Shown: positions 36,450-47,300, counted from the stretch's first letter. The stretch is DNA of 64,000 bases from a virus (IMGVR_UViG_3300037418_003103), one strand, 5' to 3'. Notes: generated by a model not told the origin, from the letters alone. A program made the numbers and translations.

Positions 36450-37598
36450 ATGGCCGTTAATACAGCAGATAAAGAAAGGATTTTTAGACAATTTAGGCAC
36501 TCAGTTGGTTCACCACTGCGCGTAATAGAGGTAACGGATGATCAATTATGCACGCTACTAGAGATGTCAATTGAAGTTTACTCAGAGTATGTTCAAGAGT
36601 TCCTTATAGAGCATCAATGGCAGAGCATATATGGCCAAAATATAACTACTACTGATATGGCCTTTGCAATGAGTGTAAGAACCACTGATTTTGTAAACCA
36701 ATATACATATGCTTATTCTAAAAAAGTTGGTCTTCAGTCTAACGGACCATGGGAATTAAAGAAGGATTTTATTAACATTGAAGCAGGGCGACAAGTATAT
36801 ACAATTCCTGCTGGAAGAGAAGTTAATGAAGTTCTTTGGATTACACCGCCAACATCAAGTCAAGCGTTGTTTGCTAATTTAGGCGGAGGAGCAGATTATG
36901 GATTCGGTGGCGGTTTTGCTCAGACAGGTGCAGGCGGAATGGCAGGACAGGGCGGCGGTAACGGAAGAGGCGGTTATTATATAGCACCAGCATTTGATAC
37001 GCTTTTAATGGCTGCTGACATGAATCTGAAAAACAGGCTTATTAGAAGTGATCTTGTTTATAAGTTAACGGCTGGCCCAGATGGTACTAGACTTCTTCAC
37101 CTCCTATCAACGCCAGGTTCAGCATTTTCGTTTGGTGGTGGTATTGGCGGTGCAGGAAATAGCATTAACATGACTGGTTGTCAAGTATGGTATCATTACT
37201 ATGATACCACGGCTGAAAATGTTGAAAAGTGTAGAAAGGATAACCCAGATATTATTAAATTACCAAATGAAGTTCCGCTATCACAATTAGACTTTTCAGA
37301 ATTTAATGACCCAACCAAGATACTCATAAGACAATTATTTGTTGCAGAAGCAAAGAAGGCTCTTGGTAGAACCAGAGGAAAATTTGGTGGAATAGTGGGT
37401 CCTGCTAATGCAGAACGAACGCTTGATTTTCAGTCTCTTCTTGATGAAGGTAATAACGACTACAAGGCCGTTCTAGAAAGGCTTGATGCCAGGTTACTTA
37501 GACTATCTAGTACGCAACAGCTTGAAAGAGCTGCATTAGAAGCCGAACATATTAATAATGCATTGAAATATAATCCATTAGGTTTTTACGTGAAATAA
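36450..37598 (+). CDS. Neck / head-tail connector protein (T4 gp13-like)
   Basis: VGSPLRVIEVTDDQL; AKKALGRTRGKF..I..A...LD..SL..EG; C-terminal PLGFYV; Gly-rich insertions. Confidence 0.7.
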   Translation: MAVNTADKERIFRQFRHSVGSPLRVIEVTDDQLCTLLEMSIEVYSEYVQEFLIEHQWQSIYGQNITTTDMAFAMSVRTTDFVNQYTYAYSKKVGLQSNGPWELKKDFINIEAGRQVYTIPAGREVNEVLWITPPTSSQALFANLGGGADYGFGGGFAQTGAGGMAGQGGGNGRGGYYIAPAFDTLLMAADMNLKNRLIRSDLVYKLTAGPDGTRLLHLLSTPGSAFSFGGGIGGAGNSINMTGCQVWYHYYDTTAENVEKCRKDNPDIIKLPNEVPLSQLDFSEFNDPTKILIRQLFVAEAKKALGRTRGKFGGIVGPANAERTLDFQSLLDEGNNDYKAVLERLDARLLRLSSTQQLERAALEAEHINNALKYNPLGFYVK

Positions 37599-37646
37599 GT
37601 TGCAATAAGATAAAAATAATAGTATTTTTATCAGAAATGTTATCTA

Positions 37647-40600
37647 ATGGTTTCACCAGAACAAATTGAATCATTCTTACAGGGGACTGATCCGCAAAAT
37701 TACATCGTGGCAATTGAAGCAATATACTTTGGTAAGCCAGAAGTGAGCGTAATTGTGAACGATCCAGAAACAGGCAAAAGAATTGAGACTCATCCATTTC
37801 ATCCTTTTCTCTGGTTTAGAGAAGAGATAACCCAAGTGATGTATGGTGGTAAAAGACAAGCGATCATGGACGCTTGTCAAAAACATGGAATTAAGATAAA
37901 AAAACTTCGTACTCATGATGACACTGGTAACATTCCTGAAAGAATGGAAAACGGCTTTAAATTTATGGCCACCAGTAAAAAATCATATAATGATTTAATA
38001 AATTTTTTTAGAGAAGGTGGTATTGATATTCGTTCTGAAGACTTTAAACCATATTTTGTAATTTTTTCTCCTGTAGAACAATACATGATTCAATCAGGGA
38101 AAAGACTTTTTAAAGGAATTGAAGATTACGACAAGGTTCATCGTCTTCAATTTGATATTGAAACAGAAGGTTTGGTCCCCTCTAAGGACCCAATATTTCA
38201 GATTGGAATAAGGGATAATAGAGGTTTTGAACAAATACTTGAAACCAAGGGTAATACACCTCAGGAGTTACGTGATTCAGAACGAGAAAATATAGCTATT
38301 TTTTTTAAAATAATAGATATCCTTAGACCAGATATTATAAGCGGATATAACTCTGAAAGTTTTGATTGGACATTCTTTGTTAAACGTTGCGAACGTCTAA
38401 ACATTCCAATAGAGGATATTGCAATAACTCTTGATCCTTACGTTAAGATCAAGAGAAAAGATTCCATGATTAAATTCGGCGGAGAAGTGGAGAATTATCA
38501 GCAAACAAATATGTTTGGCTATAATATAATTGATATATCTCATAGTGTTCGCAGGGCAATGGCTATAAATTCTAATATTCAGAGTTGGTCATTGAAATAC
38601 GTTACCAAATATTCAGAAATAGCTAAACCGAACAGGGTTTACGTTCCTGGCGGTAAAATAAATACAACCTGGGCTGATACTGTTAATAAGTATGCTTTTA
38701 ATGACAAAAATGGCCAGTGGTATATTATCTCAGAAACTAAACCATTAAAAGAAGGTTTTGAAGAAGTAACAGGTGCTTTTATAGTTCAAAGGTACTTGCT
38801 AGATGACTTATGGGAAACAGAAAAAGTAGATACTATATTCAATCAAGCTACTTTTCTTATAGCCAAGATGCTTCCAACTTCCTACCAAAGAAGTTCTACA
38901 ATGGGGACAGCCAGCCAATGGAAATTAATCATGGCCGCATGGTCATATGAGAATGAATTAGCAATACCTTTAACGCAAGAAAGAAGAGACTTCACAGGTG
39001 GTTTATCTAGATTGCTTCAAGTTGGCTATGCCAAGAATGTTGTTAAATTAGACTACGCGGCACTTTATCCTAAAACAGAATTAACACATGATATATTCCC
39101 AGAATTGGATATTACAGGGGTTATGAAGGGATTATTGACATATGTAGTGGATACCCGTGATAAATTTAAATTCCTTACTGAAGAAACCAAAGGATTAGTT
39201 AAGGATCTTGAAAAGAAAATAAAATTAGGTAAAACTCAGGAATTGGTCGATGAATTATTAGATAAAAAAGCTCTTGTTGGCCTGTATGATAAGAAACAAC
39301 TTCCATTAAAAATTCTTGCAAATTCGTGGTTCGGCTCCTATGGTGCGTCATATATTTTTAACTGGGGAGACGTGGATTGCGCAGAGGAAACAACATGCTG
39401 TGGAAGGATGTATTTGAGATTAATGGTTAAGTTTTTTTGTGATAGGTATGGATATAAACCGCTGGTACTAGACACCGATGGTGTAAACTTCAAAGTACCA
39501 GATGGGATTGACTCTATTAAGTATACGCCAAACGGTTCACACTGGAAAACAATAAAAAATAAGGGCATAGAATTGAGTGGAACTGAGGCAGTTCTTGCTG
39601 AATTCAATGAAACTTACCTGAGAGGTAGAATGGGGCTTGACATAGATGATATACTAGATTCTACTATTAATTTTTCAAGAAAAAATTATGCTAATTCATT
39701 AGGAACTAAGGTTAAACTGGTTGGTAACTCAATCAAAAGTAAAAAAATGCCCACGTATATAGAAGAATTTTTAAATAAGGGTATTAGGATGCTTTTGGAT
39801 GGTAAGGGGTTCGAATTTATAGAGGCCTATTATGAATATGTCAATAAAATTTACAATTATAAGATACCTCTAGTAAAGATTGCTTCTAAAGCGAAGGTTA
39901 AGACAACACTTGCTGAATATAAAAAGAAGGGCAAGCAAAAAAATAAAGCTGGTAATCCTATGCCTAAGCAGGCACACATGGAATTGGCCATAAGAGAAAA
40001 TTTAGACGTAAATTTAGGTGATGTAATATATTATGTTAACGTGGGTACATCAAAGAGCCATGGTGATATTAAAACAGTTAAAGATAAAAAAACTGGTGTC
40101 ACTAGCATGGAAATGAACTGTAAACTTATAAGTACTGAAATGGTAGAATCTGATTCTGATGCCATGAAGGAATTGGAGGTGCTCAAAAAATCACTAAACG
40201 ATGAACTAGATGAGGCTGTTAAAAATGAAGTAGAAAATAGAATTAAGGAAATTGAAACTAATCTTTCAACTGATGAGTATAACGTTGCTAAATATATTCA
40301 TAATTTTAATAAAAAAATAGAACCACTGCTAGTTTGTTTTAAAAAGGAAATTAGAAAAAAAATACTTATTGAAATAGAAAAAGAAAAAAAGACAAAAATT
40401 CTTAAATTGGCTCAAAGAAGTGTGTTTACTCACGAACAATGTGTTTTATCAAGTGGAGAACCAGATGAGGATGCAGACCAGGATACTTATGAGGAGTTGA
40501 TGACTATGGAAGACAAAGAGATTAAGTTTTGGCTTAGGGTTGAAAGAGTTCCTATTACTATGAATGCGACGGAATGGAAAGAAATTAAGGAAGATTATTT

Positions 40601-41138
40601 TGTAAGGATGGAACGTCAGAAGGCTGAAGGCTTATTGAATGAGAAATATCTACTTAATGAAGCAATAAAACGTCTTGAAGCAAATGAAATTACTGACATA
40701 AAGACAAAAGGTTTGTTACCAGTTAGCATATTTAAGATTGCTGACATTGATCCAAGCGGCCAACCATTTCTTATCTCCCGTAAATGGTCTGAAAAGCTTT
40801 GTCAGGTTGATCAATTATTTTTATATGAGAACGAAGCCATTAATAGAGATAAATTCTATATGGAAAATAATTGTAGAGACAATGAAAAAAGATACGATAT
40901 GTGGCTTTCTCACAAGATGGAAGAAATAGTTCTTACGGGAGAAACAACACACTATACCATTAAGCCTGAAAATGACTTTTTAGAACTAACTAAACTAATT
41001 AGTGAAGCTAACGCCAATAATAAAGTCGAAGAGCCAATAGAAATTAATGCGATAACGGAAAATGTAGAAACAGAGGATGACGATTATGAAGAACAGTCAG
41101 TAATCACTTCTATTGAAGATGACGAATGGAATTTTTAG
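37647..41138 (+). CDS. polB: Family B DNA polymerase with 3'-5' exonuclease
   Basis: Exo FDIET, GYNSESFDW, YLLDD; polymerase motifs LDYAALYP, KILANSWFG, LDTDG, KNYA. Confidence 0.92.
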   Translation: MVSPEQIESFLQGTDPQNYIVAIEAIYFGKPEVSVIVNDPETGKRIETHPFHPFLWFREEITQVMYGGKRQAIMDACQKHGIKIKKLRTHDDTGNIPERMENGFKFMATSKKSYNDLINFFREGGIDIRSEDFKPYFVIFSPVEQYMIQSGKRLFKGIEDYDKVHRLQFDIETEGLVPSKDPIFQIGIRDNRGFEQILETKGNTPQELRDSERENIAIFFKIIDILRPDIISGYNSESFDWTFFVKRCERLNIPIEDIAITLDPYVKIKRKDSMIKFGGEVENYQQTNMFGYNIIDISHSVRRAMAINSNIQSWSLKYVTKYSEIAKPNRVYVPGGKINTTWADTVNKYAFNDKNGQWYIISETKPLKEGFEEVTGAFIVQRYLLDDLWETEKVDTIFNQATFLIAKMLPTSYQRSSTMGTASQWKLIMAAWSYENELAIPLTQERRDFTGGLSRLLQVGYAKNVVKLDYAALYPKTELTHDIFPELDITGVMKGLLTYVVDTRDKFKFLTEETKGLVKDLEKKIKLGKTQELVDELLDKKALVGLYDKKQLPLKILANSWFGSYGASYIFNWGDVDCAEETTCCGRMYLRLMVKFFCDRYGYKPLVLDTDGVNFKVPDGIDSIKYTPNGSHWKTIKNKGIELSGTEAVLAEFNETYLRGRMGLDIDDILDSTINFSRKNYANSLGTKVKLVGNSIKSKKMPTYIEEFLNKGIRMLLDGKGFEFIEAYYEYVNKIYNYKIPLVKIASKAKVKTTLAEYKKKGKQKNKAGNPMPKQAHMELAIRENLDVNLGDVIYYVNVGTSKSHGDIKTVKDKKTGVTSMEMNCKLISTEMVESDSDAMKELEVLKKSLNDELDEAVKNEVENRIKEIETNLSTDEYNVAKYIHNFNKKIEPLLVCFKKEIRKKILIEIEKEKKTKILKLAQRSVFTHEQCVLSSGEPDEDADQDTYEELMTMEDKEIKFWLRVERVPITMNATEWKEIKEDYFVRMERQKAEGLLNEKYLLNEAIKRLEANEITDIKTKGLLPVSIFKIADIDPSGQPFLISRKWSEKLCQVDQLFLYENEAINRDKFYMENNCRDNEKRYDMWLSHKMEEIVLTGETTHYTIKPENDFLELTKLISEANANNKVEEPIEINAITENVETEDDDYEEQSVITSIEDDEWNF

Positions 41139-41200
41139 TAATGTGACTTAAATTATACTGTTTATTATTAATTAAATATTATTTTTGTAAAAAAAAAATA

Positions 41201-41506
41201 ATGGATAAGAATATAACACTCGAAGAATTTTTAGAAAAACACGAACTGTTCCAAGCCGCTTTGGTAGAGGCTGTACATAGATATTATTTCGACAATTGCT
41301 TCTCTAATAAGGATGGTAAATTATTGTGCGATGAAAATTCAAGAAAGATAGGCAATCTTTATAAAACACTTTCGCATAAAACGCCATCATGGCGGTACAT
41401 CCTTAAACAAAAAATTAAAAGATATACAGGTGATTATAGACCAGTAACTATTCTACACTCTGACTTAGAGTCACCAGTAGATTTAGAAGTTAAAATTAAT
41501 TTTTAA
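41201..41506 (+). CDS. Hypothetical protein
   Basis: 101 aa; TATTTTTG host-type -7 element at 41180-41187. Confidence 0.65.
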   Translation: MDKNITLEEFLEKHELFQAALVEAVHRYYFDNCFSNKDGKLLCDENSRKIGNLYKTLSHKTPSWRYILKQKIKRYTGDYRPVTILHSDLESPVDLEVKINF

Positions 41507-41513
41507 ATTATTA

Positions 41514-41885
41514 TTATAATTTTATACTTCCGTTATTTATGTTTATAAATAATTCTTCTTTTATAGGTACTATTAAAGTTCCGCTGCCGTCCAAGAAAGT
41601 TATTTCAAATACACCCACATATTTACCAGGAACACTTGTTTCTTTACTTGTAAATTGATATGTTAAATAAAACTCTTCACCAGCACATGAAATTGGTTCT
41701 ACTTCGGTTAAATAAGCCTTCTTTCTACCTATTTTAGTTACTCCTGTATCTACGCTATACATAGAGAAAAAAATGTCGGCATTTTGAACAAGTTCATAAA
41801 ATTTCTTAAAATCGTTTCTACCGTCTTTAATCAGTTCCATCATAAGGAGTGGAAGCGTTGAATTTTTATTTATAGTAAACTCCAT
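41514..41885 (-). CDS. Virion structural protein (BppU-like Ig fold)
   Basis: FTINKNSTLPLLMMEL...YQF...TSVPGKYVGVFEITF..GTLIVP; ATATTTATA upstream. Confidence 0.6.
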   Translation of the reverse strand: MEFTINKNSTLPLLMMELIKDGRNDFKKFYELVQNADIFFSMYSVDTGVTKIGRKKAYLTEVEPISCAGEEFYLTYQFTSKETSVPGKYVGVFEITFLDGSGTLIVPIKEELFININNGSIKL

Positions 41886-42001
41886 GCTTATAAATATATT
41901 ATTTTATGCATTTCTATGATATTGGTTTTTTAAATAGCATGAATTAATAAATAATTATTTAAAAAACTATAAATAATAAACTATTTATAATAAAGATATT
42001 C

Positions 42002-42391
42002 ATGAAACAAAAAATAATAAATATATTACTTATAACTTCTGGTATTTTAGCAGTAATTCAGGGTTTTCTACCAATGATGCCTATTCCTAAACCAGATATT
42101 GTTACTGTAAGTGCAATTTTGATGTTTCTTGTAAGCACTACTACTATATGGAAGGAAACACTCTTACAAATAGTTGATAAAACCAAGATGTACAGTGCTA
42201 TTTCTCTTGCAATTTTAGCAACAATAGGCGGCATTAATCATTTAATGGATAAAGTGCACATTCCTGACAATGTAGGCCAATGGATTCGTTTTGGGATTAC
42301 AGCAGTTACTGCAGGACTTAATTCTGGAAGTATTAAGGCAATATTTTTTCCTGATGATTCGTCAATAGAAAAAACTCCCGTAAATCAATAG
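42002..42391 (+). CDS. Multi-pass membrane protein (possible holin)
   Basis: 129 aa with 3-4 hydrophobic segments; CTATTTATA motif upstream. Confidence 0.55.
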   Translation: MKQKIINILLITSGILAVIQGFLPMMPIPKPDIVTVSAILMFLVSTTTIWKETLLQIVDKTKMYSAISLAILATIGGINHLMDKVHIPDNVGQWIRFGITAVTAGLNSGSIKAIFFPDDSSIEKTPVNQ

Positions 42392-42400
42392 GGAGTTTTT
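42371..42400. terminator. Bidirectional terminator between convergent membrane-protein genes
   Basis: AAAACTCCC...GGGAGTTTT. Confidence 0.55.
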
Positions 42401-42417
42401 AAATAAATATTTTTTGC

Positions 42418-42630
42418 TTATATATCTTTCTTTTTCCTTAACCTTTGTTTGTAAACTGTAAAGTAGCCAAATACTAGAGCTATAGCTAACGAGATAAAAG
42501 CTAACCAAATATGATAAGTTTGAAAGAAATTATTGTGGCCGTAAGCGTTTTTTGTTATTATAAACATAATAAATGATATAGCCAAAAAAAAGGACGTAAT
42601 CCTAAAACCTAAAACCATTGAAATTTTCAT
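42418..42630 (-). CDS. Small two-TM membrane protein
   Basis: Two hydrophobic helices and a basic C-terminus (RLRKKKDI); ATATTTAT upstream. Confidence 0.55.
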   Translation of the reverse strand: MKISMVLGFRITSFFLAISFIMFIITKNAYGHNNFFQTYHIWLAFISLAIALVFGYFTVYKQRLRKKKDI

Positions 42631-42672
42631 AATTTAATATTTTTATAATAATAAATATGTGTTAGTTTCACT

Positions 42673-44274
42673 TTAGGCATATCTATTTTTTGTATCCTCA
42701 TAAAGCTGTTTAATCTGAACGTAGTTTAGGTCACAATTATATAAATTAAATTGAGAGATGCCGCCCACAAAACTACCCGCAAAATTTTTTTCTATGGGTA
42801 GTCCAAGATCACTTGTGTCTGGGCCGTTAAAGGTCTGTGTTTCTATCAAACCTTGTGAACCGCCTCCGATGCTAATATTAAACGGAACGCCAACTTGTTT
42901 TGATTTATACTCTTCTAGACGTCTCGCAATAAATTCATTAAAGTCGTTTACCACGAATACAAGCCTCCCGTCAACATAAAATGATAAAGATCCCTTACGA
43001 GGCTTAGCGGTTTCTAATTCACAATCATCCAAATATCCATTTGCTGAGTATCTAACAGTGATGTAAGTCCATTTATCATCAGCTATAATACTATCCTTTG
43101 AATAAGCTTCTTCAATGGTTAAACCAGAAGTATAAACATCTCCTGAGCAACTGCCTGTTACACTTAAAAGTCTGTATCCAATACTTCCATCATCTTTAAT
43201 TCTAAAACCAATGGCATTGTCTATAATATCCAAATTATAATCAATGCGCTCTTCTAACGAAGTAAATCCGCTGAAGCTGCACGCTGTTTCGGTGCCAAAG
43301 CCGTCATGGTTACCACCACAGGTGAGACAATTTCCTTCTCCGCTACCTTTAGCTCTGCCATAAATAAGAAATGGATTGTTTTTATTAGTAACTACATCTT
43401 TAAATTTAGTCACAACAACACCCTTTCCATCGTACGTACAAACTGTTTTGGTCCCCAATCCATCATCATTCCCACCGCAGCTCATACAATCACCGCTACC
43501 ATTTTTAGCTCTACCATAAATAAGAAATGTGTTCATTATTAAGTCAATTTCAACCCTTGGTGGATTTAAAGGTATAACGATGCCGTCATAATCACTTGCT
43601 ACAGAAATATTTGTTTCGCCAGAAAACTTATTCCAAAATTTGTTTTCAGCCCTAGTACCCATATAGAAAAATAGCCCTCTATTATCGGGATATAAATCAT
43701 TAAGTGTGTTACCGCTGGTATATGCACTCTTTTTAATCCACATGCTCATAGTCCATCCATGGTTCATTCTATTCGGTAAAACCTGGTAAGATGAGCCATC
43801 TATTTTGTAATAACCTTGATAGAAGCCACCATTTAAATTAATATAGTTTCCAATGGTTGAAGCTGTTGAAACCAAATTCATTCCGTAGGAAATAGAGCTG
43901 CTACCTGATACACCATTTAAATATAGCTGTGTATCACCAGATGGGATTACTAATGTAGATCCTGTTAAAACATCAGTTACTACATCAATAGTTGAATCGA
44001 AAGGAATTAGTCCGTTATCAATTCCAGTGAGACCTATCGTATCAAACGTATAACCAGTATTGATTGACCCAAGCCAGGAGGATAGGCTTTTTATTTTTTT
44101 TATCTCTGAGTTGACAAAAATATTTGAATTATTAAAATCAAATGAAGCGGTTAAACAAGAATCGTTTACATCAGTATCAGCATAATTATCAGACACTAAA
44201 TAAAAGTCCCAGTTTTTTGAATCTGACACATTTAAATCAAATTTATTAAATATATAATTTTTTATATTACTCAT
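42673..44274 (-). CDS. Virion protein with LamG/concanavalin-like fold and duplicated Cys motif
   Basis: GWTMSMWIK, WTYITVRY, SFYVDG, FNISIGGG, FVGGISQFNLYNCDL. Confidence 0.68.
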   Translation of the reverse strand: MSNIKNYIFNKFDLNVSDSKNWDFYLVSDNYADTDVNDSCLTASFDFNNSNIFVNSEIKKIKSLSSWLGSINTGYTFDTIGLTGIDNGLIPFDSTIDVVTDVLTGSTLVIPSGDTQLYLNGVSGSSSISYGMNLVSTASTIGNYINLNGGFYQGYYKIDGSSYQVLPNRMNHGWTMSMWIKKSAYTSGNTLNDLYPDNRGLFFYMGTRAENKFWNKFSGETNISVASDYDGIVIPLNPPRVEIDLIMNTFLIYGRAKNGSGDCMSCGGNDDGLGTKTVCTYDGKGVVVTKFKDVVTNKNNPFLIYGRAKGSGEGNCLTCGGNHDGFGTETACSFSGFTSLEERIDYNLDIIDNAIGFRIKDDGSIGYRLLSVTGSCSGDVYTSGLTIEEAYSKDSIIADDKWTYITVRYSANGYLDDCELETAKPRKGSLSFYVDGRLVFVVNDFNEFIARRLEEYKSKQVGVPFNISIGGGSQGLIETQTFNGPDTSDLGLPIEKNFAGSFVGGISQFNLYNCDLNYVQIKQLYEDTKNRYA

Positions 44275-44396
44275 TGATTAGTTACTTTTAATTAATAGTA
44301 TGATGCTCTTATTGTGACAACTGAAACTATTTATTTATAATTCATTTAATATAATAACAGTAAAAATACCTGCTATTAATATTATTTTTTATATCT

Positions 44397-47300
44397 TTAA
44401 AATCTTAACCAACTGGTTATAATCCAGCCAGTTCCATCACTCATAAAAGAAATTGTATCTCCTGTTGTTAATAAGTCTTCTCCAGCATAAGTATAGTCCA
44501 TTAAATTGCCACTATTGGATAAAGATTGATTGACGGTTACAGTGTTACTGCCAAGTCTTTTAAATGTATATCTTTTACCTATTTTTACTGTCGTTATATC
44601 TGGTAAAGCAACATTCATCGCGTTAGTATCAGAATTACAAATAATTAGTTCTTCATTAGATGAATCTGCTACTAATGCGTAATCTATGGAAGAAACTGGA
44701 GTAACCTTTACGTTATCAATTTCAACAGTATTACCAACTGCATCCACCCCTAAATTATATGCTGACATATTTTTAAAAGTTCCTATGCCATACTTATTTA
44801 ACTTAATTGAACCATTTCCAGAAATAGCTAACAAAGTACTTGTTACTGCATTATTTAGTCCTGTTATTGAAAATTCAGAAGTTGCCGTCGCATCGGCAGC
44901 ATCAGACAGCTTAGAAATAATTGAAGACGTTGTTTGTGTGGTGCTTCCTGCTGAGTTCGTGGGAAGGACAAAATCTACTTTTGTTCCTAATCCATTTGCA
45001 ACAAGATTAGAAGCCATTGTTCGCGTAATCTTAATACCGCCTGTAATATTATTAACGGTAGGGTCATTATTATTTGCCATAACTCCATAAGCGTCAGTAT
45101 AGGTAGTACTGTTGATATTGCCAGTACCTCTTAACCCTATTCTTGATCCACTAGCATCTATTCCATTTGACACAATATTATTTCCTGGGTTTGAAACAAT
45201 CAATAACGCACTTGCAGGAGAACCAATAATACTTAATGAATGACTACCCCCATCTATATAACTATCTCTTGTTAACACGGATGCATTTCCAAATGTTCCT
45301 CCCAATTGTACATCACTTCCTTCCATTATCAAGCCATTAGAGGCTGTATAAACACCTCCGCTACTTCCTGACACACTTAATATTCCACTACCATCTATAG
45401 CTAATCCAGTACCCACTTTTACGCCGCCTAATATTGTTGCCGATGCAATAGGTAAAGAGTAAGTTCCACCACCTGACCCTCCAACTCCACCTATTTTAAT
45501 TAGTGTACCGTTATCGTTAACCCAAATATTATTGTCGCCTGAAGTTGCGTTTTTATAAATTGATACAAAACCTGATGGAATATCGTTTACTGTTGGGTCT
45601 GATGAACTAACAGCTACCTTTGAAAGGATGTTTCCGTTTGTTAATACTTGTGTTACATTAATATCACCTAGAACTACTTGATTAGATTGTGTTGGCGCAG
45701 CATTCGCTCCAATAGTTGTTGTGTTTAAAAAAGTATATTGAGCCGTTAATCTACCTGATCCAACATTGCTATTTTTAACCATGGAAGAGGAGTAAAGAGT
45801 ATTAGCATCCACAACTGTGAATAAGTATACTTGACCGTCAACAAGTGTTGAGATTTGGCCGCTCGTTACATTATATCTCAATAAAACCTGCGCACCATCA
45901 GTACCGAATCCATGGCTCGTAACAGTAACATTGTAATCAGATATAATATTAGTTGAACTAAATGTTTTTACCGTATTAACGTTATCATAAAAACCAGAAA
46001 ACGAATTAGCACCAATGGCTGTTGTATTAGATGATTGTACATATTGGCTAGCCTTATAGCCCATACTTGTATTTGAATTGGAGTCTATTACAAACTGAAG
46101 CGTTTTGTAACCCATAGACACGTTCATATCTGCATGCACGCTAAATTGTTGGCTCATAGCTCCAAAGGAGTCATTGAAGGAGCCATCAATCAAGTGTGAA
46201 AGTGTTTCAATACCTAACGAATTTGAATAAGAAGTGGTATCAATATTTGTCATTGAGTTATATCCAATTGATACGTTACCATTACTTATACTGGGATTTT
46301 GCTGGGAGTAAGAACCTATTGCAATTGATGTGGCGGCACTGGATGCCAATCCAAGAGCGTTCTTACCAATTCTGATATTAGACTCAACGTTATTAGCGCC
46401 AAGTCCTACGTCAATACCATTAATACTAATGTCCTTTGTTGTTGAATTACCGATTAAAACTACGTCGTTCAATGACTTAGAGGGGCTGGTATCACCTGTA
46501 ACATTAAGAGATCCATCTGTACTAACGCTCAATCCACTACCAACTTTAAAACCACCAATAACACTAGTTGAACCTGTGGGCAGAGTGTATGTATTATTTG
46601 GTATATTTAAAACACTATTTATCAATGTTGCAACACCATACCCATTTGTAGTAAATCCTGTAATGAAGTTTGAAGTACCCCCAGATGATACAGATGGAAG
46701 GGCAGTTAAACCCATATCGCCATTAGCATTTAAACAAGTTAATACATAACCAGGAATAACATTTTTAGTTATAGTAAGTGATTCTGTTCTTGTAATTCCA
46801 TTCACGTCAACCCATATGCGCCGATTCTTATGATCATAAGAATCGGCATTTAAAAATGCAATTTGATTGGTGACTACAGTTCCTGAATAAGTCCCGTTGC
46901 CCAACAAAATAAATGTATTTACGTTTATATCAAAAGTTATCCCTGTATAATTCAAAACAATCGGATTGCCATCTACAACCACTGTATTTCCAGCTGTGAA
47001 TGCGGTAACACTTTGACTTGCACCGCTGTTAGATGGAGTAATAGGCGTTATTTTATCTTCTGCGGCAGACATTCTTGCATCAACCCAATCGAAATTAGTT
47101 TCAGAAGAATTACCAGAAAAAGTACTTGGCAGTAAAGGCGTGTAACTAGATGTAACAATAACTAAATTTAAATTTACTCCAGTTGTCATACCAGTGTACG
47201 GTAATCCAAAGGTGGTTGCACCTGAAAGCATTAAAGCGCCATCCTCATACTGTTTAACTTGTCTATTATTTGATAAATCTATTTTTGTGACAAACCCCAT
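44397..47300 (-). CDS. Fibre/adhesin-like virion protein (YadA-head-like repeats)
   Basis: Repeated N.AIG/N.SMG units; YTLP.AS...IGG.KVG.GL x2; C-terminal VALPD...GKRYTFKR..SDGTGW domain. Confidence 0.75.
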   Translation of the reverse strand: MGFVTKIDLSNNRQVKQYEDGALMLSGATTFGLPYTGMTTGVNLNLVIVTSSYTPLLPSTFSGNSSETNFDWVDARMSAAEDKITPITPSNSGASQSVTAFTAGNTVVVDGNPIVLNYTGITFDINVNTFILLGNGTYSGTVVTNQIAFLNADSYDHKNRRIWVDVNGITRTESLTITKNVIPGYVLTCLNANGDMGLTALPSVSSGGTSNFITGFTTNGYGVATLINSVLNIPNNTYTLPTGSTSVIGGFKVGSGLSVSTDGSLNVTGDTSPSKSLNDVVLIGNSTTKDISINGIDVGLGANNVESNIRIGKNALGLASSAATSIAIGSYSQQNPSISNGNVSIGYNSMTNIDTTSYSNSLGIETLSHLIDGSFNDSFGAMSQQFSVHADMNVSMGYKTLQFVIDSNSNTSMGYKASQYVQSSNTTAIGANSFSGFYDNVNTVKTFSSTNIISDYNVTVTSHGFGTDGAQVLLRYNVTSGQISTLVDGQVYLFTVVDANTLYSSSMVKNSNVGSGRLTAQYTFLNTTTIGANAAPTQSNQVVLGDINVTQVLTNGNILSKVAVSSSDPTVNDIPSGFVSIYKNATSGDNNIWVNDNGTLIKIGGVGGSGGGTYSLPIASATILGGVKVGTGLAIDGSGILSVSGSSGGVYTASNGLIMEGSDVQLGGTFGNASVLTRDSYIDGGSHSLSIIGSPASALLIVSNPGNNIVSNGIDASGSRIGLRGTGNINSTTYTDAYGVMANNNDPTVNNITGGIKITRTMASNLVANGLGTKVDFVLPTNSAGSTTQTTSSIISKLSDAADATATSEFSITGLNNAVTSTLLAISGNGSIKLNKYGIGTFKNMSAYNLGVDAVGNTVEIDNVKVTPVSSIDYALVADSSNEELIICNSDTNAMNVALPDITTVKIGKRYTFKRLGSNTVTVNQSLSNSGNLMDYTYAGEDLLTTGDTISFMSDGTGWIITSWLRF

